64,000 nucleotides of DNA. Source: Candidatus Xenobia bacterium (GTDB taxonomy: Bacteria > Vulcanimicrobiota > Xenobia > Xenobiales > QWHO01). The stretch spans positions 1 to 64,000 of the forward strand of contig BTUM01000036.1 of NCBI GenBank assembly GCA_045863235.1, read 5' to 3'. Below are positions 58,462 to 64,000 of this stretch, one piece after another (the first letter of the stretch is position 1; each line of letters opens with the position of its first letter). Position numbers and translations under genes: made by a program. The notes beneath the pieces are model-generated. The model was not told where the DNA came from and did no database searches. It saw only the letters and a program-made list of their open reading frames with translations.

Positions 58462-59754
58462 TTGGCGGGACGGCCATCCATTAATGTCGAGAGAGTTCGA
58501 ATTCCGGAGGCACCCTTGGCAGAAGTCACTCAGACCAGCAAAATCAACTCTACCTCCCGGGCATCCTCGAGCGCACCCGGTCCCACAGCGGCCCCGTCGG
58601 CAGCCTCTCAGCGCACCTCTCGCGGCGATTCGCCGCCCCCCGCTCCTCCGGGTGCTCGGGGCGCTGGCTCGAGGGAGGTGGTCGACATCCAGCTCTCGGG
58701 GCCTGGAGAGAAGGCTGGCAGCTCACCGGTAAACTTCGCGGCCTGGCAGAGTGATGCGCAGCTCCAACTCGCGAAAGGAGAGTATCTGCGACTGGGCTCG
58801 GAGAACGAGCACGTGACCACTCTCCAGAAGATGCTCCGGGAACGCGGGGCGACCGGTTTGGAAGTCGACGGCGTCATGGGGAAGTTGACGCACAAGGCAG
58901 TAGAGGATTTCCAGAGGCGCGAGGGGATCGAGGTCGACGGCATCGTCGGGCCTGAGACCATGGGCCGCCTGAACCGCAAGCCCGATGTCTCATCGACCAG
59001 CGGAGTCGAGCCGGTCAGCGCCGCTCAGGGTGCCCGGCCCTTGGGTGGCCCGAAGGCGCCCACCCGGGCGCCCGGAAAGCCTCCGGACTACTTTGCATTC
59101 GCTTCCGATACCCTCTCTCCGCGGGCGGTCAGCAAGCTGGCCGAGCGCTACAAGGGAAACGTCATGATCGGCATCGACGTCAATTCCGACTACGCCGCCA
59201 CCGAGAAGGCCGCGCGGGCCGGGGGAGCCCGCCTGCACGTCTACCTCGAAGGCCCTGGCGGCCCGACCAACAAGAGGATCGCCAGCGACGAGCTGGCCAG
59301 AATGAAGAAGGCCGCGGGCGACCAGGGGATCGATACCCGAAGGTCGGACTGGATGACCGAGTGGAACAGGCGAGGTTGGAAACCGCACACCCTCAAGCAG
59401 CTCAGGGAGTTCAAGCAGCGTGGCTACGAGTCGGCCGAGATCGACAACCTGTATCGCGGTCTGGGCAACAGTCCCGAGCGTCTGGTGGATTTCTACAAAG
59501 AGTATGCCGGGTGGTACAAGAACGGTGAGGTGCCCAAAGCGCTCCTCAAGAACATCAGTGCTCCTCAGATGGATGCGCTGGCGACGGCGATTCGCAACGG
59601 GCAGATTCCGCGAGAGATGTTCTCCGACTTCGCGATTTTCGAGACATCGGCCGGGAGCCCGGGCCGGTCCATGAAGATTGGCTCGGAGCTTGGAATTCGC
59701 ACGCTCTTGAGTTACGATACCAATGACTACCGCGCTTCGGGCTCCTATCGATGA
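58462..59754 (+). CDS. Peptidoglycan-binding domain protein with putative glycoside-hydrolase-like C-terminus
   Basis: LRLGSE..V..LQKML..VDGVMG..T..AV..FQ..GIEVDGIVGPET; GYESAEIDN, LLKN, DFAIFE. Confidence 0.72.
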   Translation: MAGRPSINVERVRIPEAPLAEVTQTSKINSTSRASSSAPGPTAAPSAASQRTSRGDSPPPAPPGARGAGSREVVDIQLSGPGEKAGSSPVNFAAWQSDAQLQLAKGEYLRLGSENEHVTTLQKMLRERGATGLEVDGVMGKLTHKAVEDFQRREGIEVDGIVGPETMGRLNRKPDVSSTSGVEPVSAAQGARPLGGPKAPTRAPGKPPDYFAFASDTLSPRAVSKLAERYKGNVMIGIDVNSDYAATEKAARAGGARLHVYLEGPGGPTNKRIASDELARMKKAAGDQGIDTRRSDWMTEWNRRGWKPHTLKQLREFKQRGYESAEIDNLYRGLGNSPERLVDFYKEYAGWYKNGEVPKALLKNISAPQMDALATAIRNGQIPREMFSDFAIFETSAGSPGRSMKIGSELGIRTLLSYDTNDYRASGSYR

Positions 59755-59810
59755 GGCAGATCCGGTCGCGCTCGAGCCGTCCACCACGAACGATGGATCG
59801 GTCAGCAGAG

Positions 59811-60047
59811 TTAGGGCTCGCGGACGGGAAGCATCTGGTCGATGCGGCTGGCTTTCTTGATCAAGGCGCGATCGAAGGTCACGAACTCGGAAGCGCCCTC
59901 AGGACTGGCTAAATGCAACGCATCCGCGAAATCCAAGCCCCCGGCGTGCCAGGCCAGTGCTAAGGCCAGGGTATCAAGAGTCTCCGCGTGCACCTGTGGC
60001 AATCCCAGAAAAGCGGTCAGGGCTGCATTGATCTTCTCGGGTTTATG
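59811..60047 (-). pseudogene. 5'-truncated PIN/VapC toxin fragment
   Basis: EKINAALTAFLGLP..GLDFADALHLAS..FVTFD; first catalytic Asp region missing, stop immediately upstream. Confidence 0.75.
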
Positions 60048-60428
60048 TCATCGTCAAGTCGAATCTTGCCTTCCTCAATCAGCTGCAGTACCGGCAGCAC
60101 GGCTACCGACTTGGACACGGAGGCCAACGTCGAAGAGCGTGTCCGGGTCTACGGATTGCTGGTGCTCGGGTTTTGCAAGACCATAATGCCCTTCAAAAAC
60201 CACTTCGGTGCCACGGAAGGCGAGCACGGACATACCAGGGATGTGGGCCTGCCGCATGGTCTCGCGCAGAGCGCAATGCAGCTGAGAGTGGGCGAACTGG
60301 GCGGGATTACCCTGGGCAAGGCTGAGTTCGACCGTGTCAGCGGGTGGCGTCCGCACCGGCTTCGCGGTCCCGGCCGCGGGTGGCCGGGTGAAGAAGGAAT
60401 TACTGCCTGGTTGACACGCCCGGATCAT
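60040..60428 (-). pseudogene. Frameshifted, 3'-truncated beta-lactamase-family serine hydrolase
   Basis: IPGMSV..YGLA..VDPDTLFDV, then SVSK..LQLIEEGKIRLDDDIN in another frame. Confidence 0.78.
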
Positions 60429-60575
60429 GGGCGCCAGGGTATCATCGAGACAGCTCACGGAAGTTTCCGGAACGTGAACTTGGAGTTCGTGGTTTGTATG
60501 ACTCAAAGGGATCGGGACGCACCAGCGTCTTGGGGGCGCCTGCATACAAGTGTCGGCGCCAATTCTTACTTCACT

Positions 60576-61118
60576 TCAACGATGCCCGTAGTGCCCGTAA
60601 TGCCCGTGATGGCCGTGATGGCCGTGATGGCCGTGTCCCCGGTGGCTGGGAATGACGATGGTCGGGCCGTTGAAGACTCCCCAGCCAGGAACGCCGGTCT
60701 GCTGCTGGATCACCACGCCGTTGCGGTTGACCCCGACCGTGTTCTGCTGAATCGTCCCGTTACAGGTGTTGACACTCTGCTGGGTGGTGTAAATTCCGAG
60801 GTTACCGTGATGATCGATCGTGATGCCTGTATGCCCGCCGGTCTGGACCTGACCGCAGACGGGCACCGGCTGGTGGTAATAGTAGCTCTGCGCGTTGGCG
60901 GCGGGGACGGAGGTGCAGAAGAGAGCGGCTCCCAGCCCGAGAACCACAGCGGTCTTGCCCAGGGTCTTGCCGAGCCAGCTGCCGCGGGCAGGGGTCTGGC
61001 TCAGGCTCACGGTCTCCTGGGGGCCAGCGGCCTCGCTGGACTGACCCTGACCCTGGGAAGCGGCGACGCTCGGCCGATTGGCGACGGTTCCGATGGAGGC
61101 AAAGCTGGTGTTGATCAT
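60576..61118 (-). CDS. Hypothetical protein with internal signal-like helix and His/Gly-rich tail
   Basis: SD GGAGG; AVVLGLGAALFCTSVPAANAQ; HGHHGHHGHHGHYGHYGHR. Confidence 0.7.
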   Translation of the reverse strand: MINTSFASIGTVANRPSVAASQGQGQSSEAAGPQETVSLSQTPARGSWLGKTLGKTAVVLGLGAALFCTSVPAANAQSYYYHQPVPVCGQVQTGGHTGITIDHHGNLGIYTTQQSVNTCNGTIQQNTVGVNRNGVVIQQQTGVPGWGVFNGPTIVIPSHRGHGHHGHHGHHGHYGHYGHR

Positions 61119-61200
61119 GCTGCTGACCCTCCCTTTTCTGTTGCCAATAGTTTACAGCCAGACTCTGAAAAGCGTTCGAAACGAAGGGTAGCGTGGCAAA

Positions 61201-61410
61201 CCGAATAGGGCTACCACGAAACCTGACCCGGATCTGCAGGACTTCGTCAGCCGGTGCGGCCCAGGGCTGATCGAGAAGCTGGCTCCAGCCTTGTGGGCGG
61301 CTTGCCAGGATCAGAAGCTGGCTTTGCGCTTTTGTACTCGGGAGCGGTTGCTGTCGCGGGAGGCCCGAACCACATTTCTCGAGCCCGATCGGATTGCGCT
61401 GCCGTAAGGT
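61201..61410 (+). pseudogene. Degenerate duplicate of the 3' half of gene 56872-57285
   Basis: Aligns to 57065-57288 with substitutions plus 1-nt and 13-nt deletions. Confidence 0.88.
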
Positions 61411-61581
61411 GGGCAAAGCAGAAGAGCACCAGCAACACGCCGGCACTCAGGTTCAGCCAGAAGGTCAGCAGTTGCTGGTTGGTCTCAGGTTTCACTCTCC
61501 ATCCAACCGAGTGCGGCGCAAAAGGTTTCCACCGAAGGCGTCGAAGGACGTTGCCCTCAAAGTGAAGTTGCGGAGGTCGTC

Positions 61582-63150
61582 ATGACGGTGCAGGCTGGAA
61601 TCGAGCTGCAGGCACCTTTGTCGGCGGAGGCAGCCAGCGTGCTGACCCCCGAGGCTCAGGTCTTCCTGGCCGAGCTTCATCGGCGCTTCGAGCCGCGCCG
61701 CCAGGAGCTCTTGCGCCGTCGGCGCGACCGCCAGGCCGAGCTCGATCAGGGCGTGCTGCCCGACTTTCTGCCCGAGACGCGCGAGGTGCGCGAATCGGAC
61801 TGGACGGTGGCCTCCATCCCCGACGACCTCAAGGACCGACGCGTCGAGATCACCGGTCCGGTGGACCGCAAGATGGTCATCAACGCCCTCAACTCGGGGG
61901 CATCGACCTTCATGGCCGACTTTGAGGACTCCAACGCGCCCACCTGGCAGAACAATCTGGAGGGCCAGGTGAACCTGCGCGACGCCGTGCGCCGCTCCAT
62001 CGCCTTCACCAGCCCCGAGGGCAAGGAGTATCGCCTGAAGGACCGCCCGGCGGTGCTGCTGGTGCGGCCCCGGGGATGGCACCTGGACGAGAAGCACTTG
62101 CGAGTGGACGGCACGCCCATCTCGGGCAGCCTGTTCGACTTCGGACTGTTCTTCTTCCACAACGCCCGCGAGCAGCTTGCCCGAGGCACCCGGCCCTATT
62201 TCTACCTGCCCAAGCTGGAGGCTCACCAGGAGGCCCGGCTCTGGAATGACGTCTTCGTGTTCGCCCAGGAGCACTGTCAGGTGCCGCGAGGTAGCATCCG
62301 CGCCACGGTGCTGATCGAGACGATCCTGGCGGCCTTCGAGATGCACGAGATCCTCCACGAGCTGCGCGAGCACTCCTCGGGGCTCAACTGCGGACGGTGG
62401 GACTACATCTTCAGCTTCATCAAGAAGTTCCGCAACCGCCCCGACAAGATTTTGCCCGATCGGGCCCAGGTCACCATGGACCGGGCCTTTCTGAAGGCTT
62501 ATGTGGATCTGCTCATCCAGACCTGCCACCGGCGCGGTATTCACGCCATGGGAGGGATGGCCGCCCAGATCCCTATCAAGAATGATCCGGTGGCCAACGA
62601 GGCGGCCCTGAGCAAAGTACGCCAGGACAAGCTGCGCGAGGTGAAGGCCGGCCACGATGGCACCTGGGTGGCCCACCCCGGACTTGTTCCCGTAGCCCGG
62701 GAGATCTTCGACGAGCACATGACCGGGCCCAATCAGCTGGAGGTCAAGCGAGAGGACGTGACGGTCAGCCAGCAGCAGCTGCTCGAGGTCCACAGCGGGA
62801 GCATCACCGAAGCGGGCCTACACGTCAACGTGGACGTGGGTATCCAGTACCTCGAGGCCTGGCTGAGGGGTATTGGCTGCGTGCCCATCTACAACTTGAT
62901 GGAAGATGCCGCCACGGCCGAGATCTCTCGCTCTCAAGTCTGGCAGTGGGTACGCCACGGGGCCAAAACCGACCAGGGTGTGAAGATCACTGCCGAGCTG
63001 GTGCGTCAGGCCATCGCGGCCGAGAAGACCAAGCTGGCCGAGCGACTGGGGGGAGAGACCCTGGAGCAGGCCGCCCACCTGTTCGAGAAGATGATGACGG
63101 CCGAAGAGTGCGCCGAGTTCTTGACTTTGGAAGCCTATCCTTACCTGTAA
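61582..63150 (+). CDS. aceB: Malate synthase A
   Basis: [45 protein letters not shown]. Confidence 0.96.
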   Translation: MTVQAGIELQAPLSAEAASVLTPEAQVFLAELHRRFEPRRQELLRRRRDRQAELDQGVLPDFLPETREVRESDWTVASIPDDLKDRRVEITGPVDRKMVINALNSGASTFMADFEDSNAPTWQNNLEGQVNLRDAVRRSIAFTSPEGKEYRLKDRPAVLLVRPRGWHLDEKHLRVDGTPISGSLFDFGLFFFHNAREQLARGTRPYFYLPKLEAHQEARLWNDVFVFAQEHCQVPRGSIRATVLIETILAAFEMHEILHELREHSSGLNCGRWDYIFSFIKKFRNRPDKILPDRAQVTMDRAFLKAYVDLLIQTCHRRGIHAMGGMAAQIPIKNDPVANEAALSKVRQDKLREVKAGHDGTWVAHPGLVPVAREIFDEHMTGPNQLEVKREDVTVSQQQLLEVHSGSITEAGLHVNVDVGIQYLEAWLRGIGCVPIYNLMEDAATAEISRSQVWQWVRHGAKTDQGVKITAELVRQAIAAEKTKLAERLGGETLEQAAHLFEKMMTAEECAEFLTLEAYPYL

Positions 63151-63165
63151 ATGCCGGAGGAGACC

Positions 63166-64000
63166 ATGGAGAAAGCCCAGTTCATTGCCCAGACCGAGCG
63201 CGATTGGCAGGAGAACCCTCGCTGGAAGGGCATCGGGCGCAATTACAAAGCCGAGGACGTCTATCGCCTGAAAGGCTCGCTCGAGATCGAGCACTCGCTG
63301 GCCAAGCTGGGCTCCAAGCGACTCTGGGAGCTGCTCCACAGCGAGGACTACGTCAATGTGCTCTCGGCCATCACCGGCAACCAGGCCATCCAGGAGGTGC
63401 AGGCCGGCCTCAAGGCGATCTATGTCAGCGGCTGGCAAGTGGCCGGGGACAACAACAACTCCATGCAAATGTATCCCGACCAGAGCCTCTATCCGTCCGA
63501 CAGCGTGCCCACGCTGATCAAGCGCATCAACAACGCACTCTTGCGGGCCGACCAGATCCACCACATGAAGGGCGACCACTCCACTTATTGGCTGGCGCCC
63601 ATCGTGGCCGACGCCGAAGCCGGCTTCGGGGGAGCCCTGCACGCCTTCGAGATTATGAAAGCCATGATCGACGAGGGCGTCTCCGGAGTCCACTTCGAAG
63701 ACCAGCTGGCCTCGGTGAAGAAGTGCGGCCATCTGGGCGGCAAGGTGCTCGTGCCCACGGATGAGTTCGTCACCAAGCTGCTGGCGGCCCGCCTGGCCTC
63801 CGACGTCTCGGGCGTGCCTACCGTGCTGATTGCCCGCACCGACGCCGATTCGGCGAACCTGCTGACCAGCGACATCGACCCCTACGATAAGCCCTTCCTG
63901 ACCGGCGAACGCTCGCATGAGGGCTTCTTCTACGTGCGGCCGGGCATCGAGCAGGCCATCGCTCGCGCCAAGGCCTACGCTCCTTACGCCGACCTGCTCT
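63166..64000 (+). CDS. aceA: Isocitrate lyase (3'-partial)
   Basis: [44 protein letters not shown]; runs off the window. Confidence 0.95.
   Translation, partial: MEKAQFIAQTERDWQENPRWKGIGRNYKAEDVYRLKGSLEIEHSLAKLGSKRLWELLHSEDYVNVLSAITGNQAIQEVQAGLKAIYVSGWQVAGDNNNSMQMYPDQSLYPSDSVPTLIKRINNALLRADQIHHMKGDHSTYWLAPIVADAEAGFGGALHAFEIMKAMIDEGVSGVHFEDQLASVKKCGHLGGKVLVPTDEFVTKLLAARLASDVSGVPTVLIARTDADSANLLTSDIDPYDKPFLTGERSHEGFFYVRPGIEQAIARAKAYAPYADLL

Noticed and set aside
10253..63918. Long antisense or alternate-frame ORFs in the track (e.g. 10253-12562 -, 14752-17232 +, 42036-44222 +, 54975-57038 +)
   Set aside because: Shadow ORFs expected in GC-rich DNA; each overlaps a well-supported gene and has no motifs

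Overview
GC-rich bacterial chromosomal segment. Gene style and content suggest Vulcanimicrobiota/Eremiobacterota, which is inference only. It holds about 60 genes. Housekeeping: rpmE-prfA-prmC-accB-like-accC-nusB-PBP1A-mobA-pseudouridine synthase, XerC/D-like recombinase, aceB-aceA (aceA runs off the end). Energy: a NuoEF-fused, NAD-linked formate dehydrogenase whose alpha subunit reads through an in-frame UGA as selenocysteine (SECIS hairpin visible), plus fdhD and mobA elsewhere in the window. Two separate minor-pilin triplets are present; one sits in an overlapping operon with a PP2C phosphatase, a PEGA Ser/Thr kinase and a pseudokinase-GIDE-like protein. A chemosensory (MCP/CheW/CheW/CheA-REC) plus Hpt plus two LuxR island has promoters that share a GTAC-N4-GTAC site 47-48 nt upstream of the -10 box. 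There is also a vapBC locus, an Lhr-like helicase, and a decaying 3.9-kb segment bounded by a duplicated gene 3' end. Notable oddities: an AccB lacking the biotinyl lysine, a sensorless kinase fused to a degenerate HD-GYP domain, hydrolases with a shared non-Sec N-terminal leader, many apparent leaderless promoters, and two probable CTG starts. No tRNA, rRNA, CRISPR array or transposase was recognised. All calls are by eye from motifs, without database searches.
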